Below are positions 37,376 through 47,173 of a DNA stretch of 64,000 nucleotides, piece after piece. Position 1 is the stretch's first letter. Every line of letters begins with the position of its first letter. The stretch is taken from the IMG/VR virus record IMGVR_UViG_3300023094_000010; one strand, given 5' to 3'. Below the pieces are notes generated by a model that did not search any database, was not told the origin of the DNA, and saw only the letters and a program-made list of their open reading frames with translations. Made by a program: the position numbers and the translations under genes. The stretch comes from an uncultured virus (IMG/VR IMGVR_UViG_3300023094_000010) (Duplodnaviria; Heunggongvirae; Uroviricota; Caudoviricetes).

Positions 37376-37887
37376 TGTTTTAACCCTTCTCTCGCTGCGG
37401 CGAGATATGCGAGAGCGTCCTCGAGTCTTCTACGACACGTAGATTTTTTTACTCCCTCTTTCTCGACACTGGCAATGAACCAAACCCCCGGGCGGCCTTT
37501 TCGTACGCGCACCGAGATACCAATCGGAAGCGTCTGATTTCGGCCTGCTTTCCGATGTCGATTTAATTGGTTGTCCGACGCGGACGAAGGCCTGAGATTC
37601 TCCCAACGATTATCGTCCCTTTTTCCATTGATATGGTCCACCATCGGAGGAGGTTCTTGGCCCATGAACAGAAACGCCACCCGATGAGCCGTCACCAGCC
37701 GGCCGTCCAAACATGACAAAGTCACATACCCATGTTTCATCAAAAATCCAGCGCTATCGCCTTCTTTTTTGCCCAACCTTCGCCCGTTCGAGCGCATAAG
37801 CCCTCCTTGATACGTGAACTTACCTGTAACCGGGTCGTATCTAAACCGGGCCAACAATTCCGCTCTCGGGAGCTCTTTAGGAACCAT
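37372..37887 (-). CDS. HNH homing endonuclease
   Basis: AHRVAF...VDHINGKRDDNRWENLR; AT-richer codons. Confidence 0.85.
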   Translation of the reverse strand: MVPKELPRAELLARFRYDPVTGKFTYQGGLMRSNGRRLGKKEGDSAGFLMKHGYVTLSCLDGRLVTAHRVAFLFMGQEPPPMVDHINGKRDDNRWENLRPSSASDNQLNRHRKAGRNQTLPIGISVRVRKGRPGVWFIASVEKEGVKKSTCRRRLEDALAYLAAAREGLKQ

Positions 37888-37895
37888 GGGGACCT

Positions 37896-38870
37896 TTAAT
37901 TAGAGAGAGTGATTTTGAGGACATGCAGAATAGTTTGGATGCGTTCTTTGACGAGAAAAGCAGAGAGGCCACGGGACTTTCCGATCTCGGCGAACGAGAG
38001 ACTACGGGAAAAACGATCGTGCAACAACCCCAATTCTTCGGTGCCGAGCTTCATTTTTGCTGCCTCCAATTTCTGGAGGAGCTCTTCCTGTTCGCCGCGT
38101 TCCGCGTCCTCTTCGGCCGCGATCTCAGCCACCTGTTGCAATGGATTGGAGACGCACGTGATCGGGGTCTGATCTTCACCGGTGGGGTTGTCCATGCTGC
38201 GTGAGACCTCACGCGCCTCGACCCGCTCTTGAAATGCGTCGAAACTATCCTGCCGGCCGCCGGGGAGGGAGAGAATGCGGACCACCTCGGACAGGTTGAC
38301 GCTTAGAATCTCCGAGATCTCTTCGGCCCGCATGCCCTCCCGTATCATCTTCGCGAATTGCGAATACTTTTTCCGATCACTGCTCGGCACCTTGATGGCG
38401 TGAACTTCGTAACGCGCCTCCGACAGGGCCTTCTTGATCCACCAGCCGGCGTAAGTGGTGAACCGGGCTCCGTTCTTCGGGTCGAACTTCCGGATGGCTC
38501 GCATGAGGCCGAGGTTGGCGGCGCTGATGGCATCGTCTTCGGCCAGCCCGCATTTCATGCGAGCCTCGACGGTGCGGTGGCCCATATCCTTGCGGGCTTG
38601 GCGAAGCGCGAAGAACAGGTACGAGCGGACGATGCGTTCGACGATCTTGGCGTCTTCGGGACTGTCCTGCAGCGAGAGAAAAAGGCTCTGCTCCTCCGCG
38701 GATGTGAGCCTCACTGGCTCGATTTCTTGGTGGGAATAATAGCGGCGATCATGGAACGCCCCATACAACCGAGCATCGGCATTACTACTAACAAGCGGGT
38801 GACTTCGTCCGAATTGTGCCTGAGAAACGGAGATATCCCGGGCGGTCCGGTTTTTTCGTTCTTTGATCAT
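37896..38870 (-). CDS. Sigma70-family sigma factor (A)
   Basis: Region 2 DAISAANLGLMRAIRKFDPKNGARFTTYAGWWIK; region 4 SFAEIGKSRGLS. Confidence 0.88.
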   Translation of the reverse strand: MIKERKNRTARDISVSQAQFGRSHPLVSSNADARLYGAFHDRRYYSHQEIEPVRLTSAEEQSLFLSLQDSPEDAKIVERIVRSYLFFALRQARKDMGHRTVEARMKCGLAEDDAISAANLGLMRAIRKFDPKNGARFTTYAGWWIKKALSEARYEVHAIKVPSSDRKKYSQFAKMIREGMRAEEISEILSVNLSEVVRILSLPGGRQDSFDAFQERVEAREVSRSMDNPTGEDQTPITCVSNPLQQVAEIAAEEDAERGEQEELLQKLEAAKMKLGTEELGLLHDRFSRSLSFAEIGKSRGLSAFLVKERIQTILHVLKITLSN

Positions 38871-38919
38871 TTTAAAAATCGCTTTTTAGCCGCCCCAAAG
38901 GGTAGCGTTTTTGCAGGGA

Positions 38920-41076
38920 TCATTTTTTAGTTTCGATGCGCTGAACGGTCCAGATGCGTTGGTTGTTGAGCTCTTTGGAATCGATCTTGTGCCCCTTGGC
39001 CTTCAAGGCTCCGAGTTGTCGCATCACGGTGTCGACGGTGAGGTTTTTCGTTGCTGCACGACGGTCATCTTCCTTGGAAAATTCCTTGAGCAATCGAAAG
39101 GCGGTGCCCTCCCATGCCTGCTCGGTGGGGTGCTCCTTGAAATACTCGACCGCCCAGTCCTCCAAGATCTCGGAGAAGGCGTTCGATCGGGAGGAGTGCT
39201 CGGCCCGCTTCAGGAGCGACGGCTCGTGGTAACGAGCAACGCCGTACCGGTTCGCACCGACGACGTGCGCCGGGGGTTCCCAATCGAGCAGCCACCGTGC
39301 GAAATACGGAAGCTCGCGGCGGATGATGACCTCGAGCTCGGCGTCGGGCGGGAAATTGTACGGGGTCTTGGTGGTGCGGAAAAGATGCGTTTTTTCGAGC
39401 GACGACAGCTCCAAATCGGGGATGATGCGGAGGGATTCTTCATCGTCGTTGGCGGTCACGAACACGCGCCCCAGCCATTCAACCATGGCAGCGATGCCGA
39501 ACTTTTTCGAGTATTCGAAAAGCTGATTCGAGGAGAGCTTTTTGATCGTCGATGAAAAAATCGCGTGCTTCTGGGCGCTCACCGTGGTCGAGTTGTCGTC
39601 GACAAGCCACATCGCCACTTCGAACAGCTGGCTGTTGAAATTGGTGTCGCCGAGGAGGTAGGCCTGCGCATCCACAGCGCCGCTCATCAGCTTGGTGAGG
39701 ATGTTTTGGGAGAGGAGCGTTTTTCCGGTGCCGGGAGGCCCGATCAGAAACACGTTCTGGCCGCGCTCCATCTTCAACTCGAACGCGCCTTTGTAGAGAC
39801 GACGAAGCCACGCAAGGAAAAAGTCCTTTTGCTCGACGGGGTCGAAGAGATAGTCGAGGTACATCGATAGCCACGGAAACTTGCCTTCAGGCCCCCAAAC
39901 GCCATCGGTCTCAGCGGGAGAAAGGACCCGGCGTGTATGCGTATTCAGGATACGAGGCCCTGCCCCAGAGTAGATGCCGTACGACTGAAAGGCGCACGGG
40001 GCGGCCCCGTCGATGTACTGCCAGTGGCGGATGTACTCGAGGGCCTCGTCGACGTCCGAAGGAGCGCCCTTATACCGCTCCGCGTTGAGCTTGCGGGTGA
40101 TTTGAAGATGGGACGCCATGTCCTCCTTCGAGAAGGAGCGCCACGAGCCGGTGCCGGCTTTCACCCAGTATTTCATGCCGTCGTGGTAGATGCCTTCGAC
40201 CGCTTTTCCGAGACTCTTGGTCTTGTACTCGTTCGTGAAATCAGCGCCCAAGAGGTCCTGCCAGCTCCAAAACGGCTTCGACGCGTGGGCGGAGAAGGTG
40301 TAGAGGCCCGTCGACTTGACGATCGCTGACTTCGGCGAGGACGACTCAGGAATCCAGAATGTCGGACCTTGGGACTCGAGCTCGAATTCGGTCGGCCAGC
40401 CGTGCATCGGCCACTTCTTTTGAAGCTCGGCCCAGACCACAGGAATCGGCAGCTCAATCGCGGAGGACTCTTTTTTCCACGCGTGTTTCTTCGCCACCTC
40501 GAACAGCCATCCTTGAACGAGCGCCGTCGGTATCCGATATGTGGATACCTCTCTCCAATCGCCCGAGTTGGTGTAATATCGATTTGGCTCGTCCCATGCC
40601 GGTGTATCAAGGCCGACGGAGAGGAGTTCTGCCTTCACCGACTTACGGGCGAGCTTCAACAGCTCGATCATGAACTTGTAACTCGGTACTGCCACCGGGG
40701 CCTCGAACAGCCACACAAAGCGGCTGTTGCCCGACAAGGTACGCTCGAAATACGCAGGGGTCTTGCCCTCGAGACGACCGATGCCGAGGAGCAGTTCGTC
40801 GTCGGTCACCGGCGCGTCATAATCGCCCACCAGCCCATGGATCTTGAAGGGCGGGTTGCCCTCAAGCTCGCCTTTTCCCTCGGAGATGCGGAGGGACGGG
40901 TTTACGCCCTCGATCAGCGAATAGCAGTCGTGCTCCAGCGAAATTTCGCTGATCCACTTGTCTCGCTCGCCCTTGTTTTCCTTCCCGCGGACTCCGGCCG
41001 GGATTTTACTGCTCGTGAAGGTCCATGGGGTGCTGGGGGAGACGTCTGTGGATACGAGGTTCTTGAGCGAAAACAT
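38920..41076 (-). CDS. Primase-helicase (SF3/D5-like C-terminus)
   Basis: GDYD primase-like motif; GPPGTGKT, WLVDD and VTAN helicase motifs. Confidence 0.75.
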   Translation of the reverse strand: MFSLKNLVSTDVSPSTPWTFTSSKIPAGVRGKENKGERDKWISEISLEHDCYSLIEGVNPSLRISEGKGELEGNPPFKIHGLVGDYDAPVTDDELLLGIGRLEGKTPAYFERTLSGNSRFVWLFEAPVAVPSYKFMIELLKLARKSVKAELLSVGLDTPAWDEPNRYYTNSGDWREVSTYRIPTALVQGWLFEVAKKHAWKKESSAIELPIPVVWAELQKKWPMHGWPTEFELESQGPTFWIPESSSPKSAIVKSTGLYTFSAHASKPFWSWQDLLGADFTNEYKTKSLGKAVEGIYHDGMKYWVKAGTGSWRSFSKEDMASHLQITRKLNAERYKGAPSDVDEALEYIRHWQYIDGAAPCAFQSYGIYSGAGPRILNTHTRRVLSPAETDGVWGPEGKFPWLSMYLDYLFDPVEQKDFFLAWLRRLYKGAFELKMERGQNVFLIGPPGTGKTLLSQNILTKLMSGAVDAQAYLLGDTNFNSQLFEVAMWLVDDNSTTVSAQKHAIFSSTIKKLSSNQLFEYSKKFGIAAMVEWLGRVFVTANDDEESLRIIPDLELSSLEKTHLFRTTKTPYNFPPDAELEVIIRRELPYFARWLLDWEPPAHVVGANRYGVARYHEPSLLKRAEHSSRSNAFSEILEDWAVEYFKEHPTEQAWEGTAFRLLKEFSKEDDRRAATKNLTVDTVMRQLGALKAKGHKIDSKELNNQRIWTVQRIETKK

Positions 41077-41096
41077 GCAGGGAAGCGGAAGCTATA

Positions 41097-41807
41097 TTAT
41101 TTTGAACCGAGGACAACCGGCTTTTGAGAACTCCGCCACTCTGCGACTAGAAGGAAATGGGCTTGCATCTCCTCGGCGGTCGGCATACGCGAGTGTTTCT
41201 GCAAATTCTCCGTCGCGGTAAGCCAGCGTACATTCTCGGGAGCGTTTATTTTATATTCGCGAGGCTCGTCGTGCCACCGGTCAAAGGGAATCAGATGGTC
41301 AACGTGAAATAAAGAGGAATTTAAAATGGTGACGCCGAGACGTTCCGCGGACCAGACCAAAAACAACACCCCTTCAGCGTCTTCTTTCCTATACGTTTTA
41401 GCTCCTCCCAGAGCGGACCTTACCACTTTTCTCATCCGAGACCGCAATCGGGTTTTAACGTGCGAATCCAAGTCTGTCCGATCCATGAGCCTGTTGTAAG
41501 ACACACGTTTTGCCTTCTCCAAAGGGAGAGCAGCTCTAACCTTTTGAAGAGCCCTTTTCCGCTGAAGATTCTCTGGGCGGAGCCGGTACTCTAAACGACG
41601 CTTTTGCACGGCGTCCGACTTTTCTCTACTATTCACGCCTGCCTTCAGTCGATCAAAATGTTCTCGGGGTATCCAGTATTCGAACCCCCTTGAATACTGC
41701 TGGTATGCCCAAAAGACCTTCCCATCTTCGCGGATGTCCCCGGGCTTGTGTACGCGTGGATGGGCCAAAAACGCCTGCCTACGAGCAATATTGCGGTCAG
41801 AGATCAT
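41097..41807 (-). CDS. HNH homing endonuclease, paralog of 15856-16503
   Basis: FHVDHLIP...PENVRWLTATENLQK. Confidence 0.8.
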   Translation of the reverse strand: MISDRNIARRQAFLAHPRVHKPGDIREDGKVFWAYQQYSRGFEYWIPREHFDRLKAGVNSREKSDAVQKRRLEYRLRPENLQRKRALQKVRAALPLEKAKRVSYNRLMDRTDLDSHVKTRLRSRMRKVVRSALGGAKTYRKEDAEGVLFLVWSAERLGVTILNSSLFHVDHLIPFDRWHDEPREYKINAPENVRWLTATENLQKHSRMPTAEEMQAHFLLVAEWRSSQKPVVLGSK

Positions 41808-43966
41808 TTAGAGTACCTATCGGCCCACAATCCTTCGGCTGCAACCGGTAAACCCGGAGCCCACTCAGGAGCTTGAGAAAGCAGCGCGATACAGCGTCCC
41901 AGCGCAGAATCATCCGGGGCCTCCAATTTAGTGCCGAGAGGAAGCCCATCATCATCGACGCTCAGGATCGCTTCATCATAGACGTTGAAAACCATTTCGT
42001 AGCCCGCGTCGTCACACCTAAGCAGGCCTTCAATGAAAACGTCTCTTGCGAATCGCTGACAAAAATTCTCAGTCAGTTTTCCTCCATAGGTGCCCGTCGA
42101 GCCGTACCCGATGTCGACACGGACCTCCCAACGATCGTACGCCTCTCCGGTCTCTTTATCGACCTTACGACGTTTCTCCATCCGGCAATTGCGGTACGTC
42201 ATTTTACCTCCGTCCGGCATGTGAATTACAAAGTCCTCGCGTTTTTTAGCCGACTCGCGCAGAGCATTGTCCAGCTTGCGCCAAATACCCGGCGCGTCGT
42301 CGTCCTGTCCCGCGATCAACGGATTATTTTTACGGAATTCACTTACGATCTTTCGAGCATTGATGCCATAAATATTGTCGCGCACCGGAGGCCCTTCTTC
42401 TGATGGGCGAACAATGAATCGCTTTCGGCGAACCTTCTCGGTCTCGCCGTGTTTCTTCGCATCGTAAACCACGGGCACGAAAAAGGTCTGCACCTTCCCG
42501 TTGCTGATTTGTTCCTGCTCTTCTTCGATATAAAAATTTTTGTCCACGCTGACCTGCAGCGCGATTTTTTCGTCGTCTGCGCACAGGTCCAAGTTGCCGT
42601 ACATCGGCATCAAAGCCATCGTAATAAACTTCTGCCAGCCGGCGGCATACCCGAGCGCCAACACCTGTGCTTTTGCCAGCGCGTACCCGTATTTGTCTTC
42701 GACCTTGAGTTTCCCGCCTTTCCATCCGGTAGCGGTTCTCGCGAAGGCCTCATAAATAGCCATACCACTCCTCACCTGATCCAGCAAGGTGTGGTTTCCA
42801 ATCGCCCAGTTGAGACACCGCGGCTCGATCTGAGAAAGATCCACGATGGCAAATCGCTTACCCGGACGAGCACGAATCAAGCCGCGAATATCGATGCCTC
42901 GACCGCACTCCTTATCCCACTCAACAAAAAGGGGCTCCTTGTTAAAGTTGAGGAAGTTCAAACCACCCACACCCGCAAATCTAAGTGTATGTGTGCCAGC
43001 ATAAAGGAGAGAAAAAGGAATCGACCCGTCTTCGCGCAAACGACTCTTCATCGTCTCCAACGTCGCGAGCATCTTTTTACCACGGCGGAGGTCTTTCAGC
43101 GCCTTCACCCACGGCAGCTTCGCTGCGTACAGTTCCAGCCACTCGTCCGCGCCCTCAGGGTCACCGTTCTTGCCCGACTTGGTGGGAGGGCACGGGATGC
43201 CCGAACTGCGGCATTCCTCAGCCACGCCGATTGTTGACCCTTCCTTGCGCCCGCGCTTCACCCACGGCAGCAACTCGACGCTCTCGGCGATGACGTGCTG
43301 ACACAGAGCGATGCCGCGCAGAAGCTCGGGGATGTCGATCATCACGCCCTTTCGGCCGGCCTCGCGGTTGCGGCGACTGATCTTGCGTTCACGCTCCGGC
43401 CACGTGTGCCCGTATTTCTGCCAGATGGTCAAACACACCGTGTCGTCACCCGCGTAGTCGACCATCGCCTGCGCGAAGGTGGTTTTGGTGCCGTTCTCCA
43501 GCACGATTTCTTTGACGAGCATGTCCTCCCACGTCAGCCCGTTGGCGTCTGTACGGACGGCCTTGCTAATCTCGAGTCCGAGGAGGTCCTTGACCGCGGC
43601 TTGCAGGTTGCGAGACCCGCAGAGGTACGTCGACAAGTCGGCCGAACACACCCACTCCTTGTACGCAACTTTTGGATACGCGCCGCGCTCCACGCCCGCG
43701 CAGTAGACGTCCTCGTCGTGCGAGGCGTTGTGGCTGACGAGGATTTTACCCTCCAACACGGTCCAATCGAAATCCTCGGGGCGTCCGACCCACAGGTTTT
43801 TCCCGTCCGACACCGACACGATGAACGCGTAGGATTTGGGGTGCCGGTTGTACGCGTGGCCTCCGAGGGTGTCGATGTCGTGGACACCTTTGAGGTAGTA
43901 GGACTCGAAGTCGACGGCGACTTCCGGACCCCATTGAATTTGAGACTGCAGACGGGTGTGGAGCAT
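41804..43966 (-). CDS. DNA polymerase family A with 3'-5' exonuclease
   Basis: Exo DFES, HNASHD, YAGDD; motif A DLSQIEPR, motif B AKAQVLALGY, motif C VYDE. Confidence 0.88.
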   Translation of the reverse strand: MLHTRLQSQIQWGPEVAVDFESYYLKGVHDIDTLGGHAYNRHPKSYAFIVSVSDGKNLWVGRPEDFDWTVLEGKILVSHNASHDEDVYCAGVERGAYPKVAYKEWVCSADLSTYLCGSRNLQAAVKDLLGLEISKAVRTDANGLTWEDMLVKEIVLENGTKTTFAQAMVDYAGDDTVCLTIWQKYGHTWPERERKISRRNREAGRKGVMIDIPELLRGIALCQHVIAESVELLPWVKRGRKEGSTIGVAEECRSSGIPCPPTKSGKNGDPEGADEWLELYAAKLPWVKALKDLRRGKKMLATLETMKSRLREDGSIPFSLLYAGTHTLRFAGVGGLNFLNFNKEPLFVEWDKECGRGIDIRGLIRARPGKRFAIVDLSQIEPRCLNWAIGNHTLLDQVRSGMAIYEAFARTATGWKGGKLKVEDKYGYALAKAQVLALGYAAGWQKFITMALMPMYGNLDLCADDEKIALQVSVDKNFYIEEEQEQISNGKVQTFFVPVVYDAKKHGETEKVRRKRFIVRPSEEGPPVRDNIYGINARKIVSEFRKNNPLIAGQDDDAPGIWRKLDNALRESAKKREDFVIHMPDGGKMTYRNCRMEKRRKVDKETGEAYDRWEVRVDIGYGSTGTYGGKLTENFCQRFARDVFIEGLLRCDDAGYEMVFNVYDEAILSVDDDGLPLGTKLEAPDDSALGRCIALLSQAPEWAPGLPVAAEGLWADRYSK

Positions 43967-43977
43967 GAATTTATTTT

Positions 43978-44442
43978 TTAACCGAAAGGGTTTGATTCGT
44001 CGAAAGGCTCTTCAGACGTCGGCTCTGGAGCGGGCTTGTTTTCGAATTTGTGCGAACAATTATCTGCGTACCCGAGGGGACGGATGTTGTCCTTCGAGTA
44101 AGGCCCCCGAGTGTCCGGCCACCTGTCGACTGTCAGGCTGGCCGGCTCTTTGCCCTTCTTCTCGAGGTACCCGTATTTCTTACAGAAGTCCGCGAACTCG
44201 TCGCGTGTAAGTAAAAATTGGATACCGCGTTTGCGGGCAGAGCTTTTTAGATTTTGAAACGCATAATAAAGGGGATCGCCGAGACGACGGAGACGGCTTT
44301 CACACGTGTGACAGCGGAAGCGATCGTCGCGAGCCTTCCGTCGACACCGAAAAGAGACGCACACCTTACGCTTCTTTTTCTCTTGGACAACCGCGTCCGA
44401 CACGGGAATGAAAAGATAGCGGTGAGGAAAAGTGACGGTCAT
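43978..44442 (-). CDS. HNH-like endonuclease
   Basis: Cys cluster; SARKRGIQFLLT...SLTVDR..DTRGPYSKDNI. Confidence 0.6.
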   Translation of the reverse strand: MTVTFPHRYLFIPVSDAVVQEKKKRKVCVSFRCRRKARDDRFRCHTCESRLRRLGDPLYYAFQNLKSSARKRGIQFLLTRDEFADFCKKYGYLEKKGKEPASLTVDRWPDTRGPYSKDNIRPLGYADNCSHKFENKPAPEPTSEEPFDESNPFG

Positions 44443-44450
44443 CCAATATA

Positions 44451-44487
44451 GAGAAAGAAAAAGGCCCCTCACAGCGAGGGGCCTTTC
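44451..44487 (-). terminator. Rho-independent terminator
   Basis: AAAGGCCCCTC-loop-GAGGGGCCTTT with T-rich tail on - strand, after gene ending 44511. Confidence 0.8.
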
Positions 44488-44510
44488 ATTTGCTGAGCGT
44501 CCGTCGGGAG

Positions 44511-45365
44511 TTAGCCGCGGAGGCTGCGGGCGAATTCGACGAGCTCGGCGGGGGCCTTTTCCAGCACCTTGACGTACGGCTGGAAGGACTCGCCGGACTT
44601 GCCGGGGACGAGGGTCGACTTGACCTCGATGAAGCGGGTCGGGAAACCCTCGCGGAGGATGCCGGCCTTCTGCTCGCTGTTGAGCTTGATGTAGAAGGCG
44701 TAGTAGGCGAGCGACTTCACGCTGAAGAGCGCCACGCCGTAGGCCTTGCCGTCGATCACCTTGATGAAGCGGTCCTCAGCGACGTTCTCGGGCTTCTCGA
44801 TGAGGAGAAGCGCGGTGACGGAGGGCTGGAACCACGGTTTGTCGGAGGTGACCTTCGGGTTTTCCTTCGACTCGAACCAGCTGGTGGTGCCGCCGACGGC
44901 GTCGACTTCCTCCAGACTGTTCACGATCTTGGCGTTGCTGTTCGCGCCGGGGGTGTACTTCGTCTTCTCGATGTAACGCTTCGAGGAGAAGCCGACGACG
45001 ATGATGCGGAGGGTCTCGCCGAGCGGGAGCTCCTTGTTCAGGACGAAGCTGCCGAGACCAAGCTTGAGGAGGGCGGCGGCGGAGGACTTCTGGACGAGGT
45101 TGAGGCGGGGCCAGCGGACGTCGCTGACATCGTCGTCTTCCTCGCCGCCGTAGGTCGGACGCTCGGGGACGGCGACTTGGCTGGCGGGACGGGGCGCAAG
45201 GGCGGCGGAGACAGCAGCATTGCCGGCGGCCGGTGTATTCACGACTTCGGCGTTGGCCGGGGTGGCCTGCTCGGGGGTCGAGGCAGCGGGCTCGGGGGAG
45301 CCGGCGGGAGGGGTGACGTTTTTGGGGTCGGGTTTCTTAACGGGAGCGAACGATACGGAGGCCAT
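44511..45365 (-). CDS. Putative ssDNA-binding protein
   Basis: DVRWPRLNLVQKSS motif, strong codon bias, located between Cas4-like nuclease and polymerase. Confidence 0.5.
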   Translation of the reverse strand: MASVSFAPVKKPDPKNVTPPAGSPEPAASTPEQATPANAEVVNTPAAGNAAVSAALAPRPASQVAVPERPTYGGEEDDDVSDVRWPRLNLVQKSSAAALLKLGLGSFVLNKELPLGETLRIIVVGFSSKRYIEKTKYTPGANSNAKIVNSLEEVDAVGGTTSWFESKENPKVTSDKPWFQPSVTALLLIEKPENVAEDRFIKVIDGKAYGVALFSVKSLAYYAFYIKLNSEQKAGILREGFPTRFIEVKSTLVPGKSGESFQPYVKVLEKAPAELVEFARSLRG

Positions 45366-45436
45366 GTTTTTATTGGTTGGTTTTCCTAACGGGAAAGTGA
45401 GAAAGATAGCGGAGAAAAAAGAAAAGACAACTGGGT

Positions 45437-45643
45437 TTATTGACCTGCCCTCAGACGTTCCCACGAGAACTCTTCGGCGGCCAAGATTTGAGAGGCTGTC
45501 AGGTTGACAGGCTTGCCGTCTTTCGTCGCGGTGACGTCGCTGCACTGCCATGCGCCGGCCCCGTCTTTGTACCAACGGCATTCGACATCCACGTTGATGT
45601 CTTCGTCGGGGCCGGCGATGATCTGTGCGTGGGTGACGATCAC
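45437..45643 (-). CDS. Hypothetical protein
   Basis: 68 aa, GTGA-coupled. Confidence 0.5.
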   Translation of the reverse strand: MIVTHAQIIAGPDEDINVDVECRWYKDGAGAWQCSDVTATKDGKPVNLTASQILAAEEFSWERLRAGQ

Positions 45644-47013
45644 CGGATGTTGAGCGGTTTTTCCTCGACGGCGACGTCCTTGGAGTTGCGAACCTCGCGG
45701 AGGTACATGTACCCGGGGTCGCGGGTCAGCAGACCTGCCTCGGTCAGGGCCTCCTCGAACTGACGGAGACGCGCCGCACCTTTGCCCTTGGCGGCCTTCG
45801 ACTTCACTTTATCCTCGACCTTCGTAATCGGGATGGTTGCGCAGTTGTCGTACTCGTCCGACGTGATGAAACCGCCCTCGATGAGGACGCGCTTGACGTC
45901 CGACGGAGCTCCGAGAATGCGTTCCGTGCGGCGGGTCAGTTCGTACCCCGGCACGAGCACGCCCTCGGTCAGCGCGGCGTCGGTGACGCGTTTCTTGATC
46001 GCCTTCGCGACCGCCTCGAAGGTGTTGGCGAACTTGTACGCCTTGGCGTAATCCTCGGGCTTCGTGAGCTGGTTGGGATTGAAGACGTCGGGGACTTCGA
46101 TCTCTTTGTGCTTCGACGCGCCGAGCACCATCAACGCGCCGAGCGCATCGCAGTCGGCTTTCTTCGCGCACCACAGGCACAGCGACGTTTTCGGAGTCGC
46201 CTTGATCGGACCAGAAAAGCCCGTCTCTTTGGCGAGCTTTTTCTTGGCGATGACGGTGCGAAGTTCGAGCTCGATGCGTTCGCAGTCTTCACGCTTGAAG
46301 ACATGCGTGTACTCGGGCATCGAACGGGTCTGGCCGTCCAAATCGATCTCGATGTGCGGATGAAAAAAGACGACCTTGATCTCCTCCAAATTAACCCAGC
46401 GTTCAAACGCGGCGGCCGCGTACGCCTTGCCCTGCAGATTTTCAGCCGTGGGAGTCACGAGCTCCTTGCCGAACTTCCAGTCGAGGATGATGCCGAGCGG
46501 ACCTGCCATGAGGACGTTGTCGGGGAACCCGCCGGTGATGCCAAACCACTTCTCCCAGATCTCTTCATATACCTTGCGGGTGCGGGTGAATCCGGCACCT
46601 TGGACGACCTCGGTGGACTCGGCAACGCCGACCTTGACGTTCTCGATGTGCTCGGAGCAGACGGCGAGGTACTCTTCCTTCACGCTAATGACGTCAAGAG
46701 TGACAACCTCATCGTGAACTCGGCTAACTACCTCACTCGTCGTAGAGGTAGCCGCGTCCACTAACGTCAGTCGAAGTTCAGCGATCGAAGCATCCTCCAA
46801 GGCCAGAGCGCGATTAACAGCGGCAACCTGCTCCGCGTCTTCCAAAATCGAAAGATCCCGAGTCTCGGCCGCTTTGTGCTGCAGGGTGCCCGCGGTGGCC
46901 GCCGCACTTTCACGCTGCTCGTTCTCGAAGTGGGCACAGGCCTCCGAGGATTGCAGGGAGCTGGGGCTGTGAGGGTGGTGACCGCGAAGTTCGGTGTCTA
47001 ATTTTTCACTCAT
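45640..47013 (-). CDS. Cas4-like PD-(D/E)XK nuclease (DUF2800-like)
   Basis: HSPSSL, GTLQH, GFPD...LDWKFG, Q..AY, CLWC...C. Confidence 0.8.
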   Translation of the reverse strand: MSEKLDTELRGHHPHSPSSLQSSEACAHFENEQRESAAATAGTLQHKAAETRDLSILEDAEQVAAVNRALALEDASIAELRLTLVDAATSTTSEVVSRVHDEVVTLDVISVKEEYLAVCSEHIENVKVGVAESTEVVQGAGFTRTRKVYEEIWEKWFGITGGFPDNVLMAGPLGIILDWKFGKELVTPTAENLQGKAYAAAAFERWVNLEEIKVVFFHPHIEIDLDGQTRSMPEYTHVFKREDCERIELELRTVIAKKKLAKETGFSGPIKATPKTSLCLWCAKKADCDALGALMVLGASKHKEIEVPDVFNPNQLTKPEDYAKAYKFANTFEAVAKAIKKRVTDAALTEGVLVPGYELTRRTERILGAPSDVKRVLIEGGFITSDEYDNCATIPITKVEDKVKSKAAKGKGAARLRQFEEALTEAGLLTRDPGYMYLREVRNSKDVAVEEKPLNIR

Positions 47014-47173
47014 GTTTTTTACTTTTTTGGAGTCCGGAGTTCATCAGAACAAGACGCTCATCTAAAACGGCGTCGATCTGTTTGACAACCTCGATACGTT
47101 CAGAAAACCGGGCTGTGGCCAACTTAGGCGAAAGCTCGGCGAGGGATTTATCTATCGATTCAATGGTTTTCAA
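47006..47173 (-). CDS. Hypothetical protein (55 aa, not in ORF track)
   Basis: TTG start overlapping upstream TGA; MKTIESIDKSLAEL... Confidence 0.45.
   Translation of the reverse strand: MKTIESIDKSLAELSPKLATARFSERIEVVKQIDAVLDERLVLMNSGLQKSKKHE

Noticed and set aside
28..43966. Inteins or introns in terminase, helicase, primase or polymerase
   Set aside because: No C...HN splice motifs or interrupted frames seen; sizes are near normal.
45640..47013. Cas4-like nuclease as evidence of CRISPR-Cas
   Set aside because: No array or other cas genes; solo Cas4-like nucleases are common in phage replication modules.
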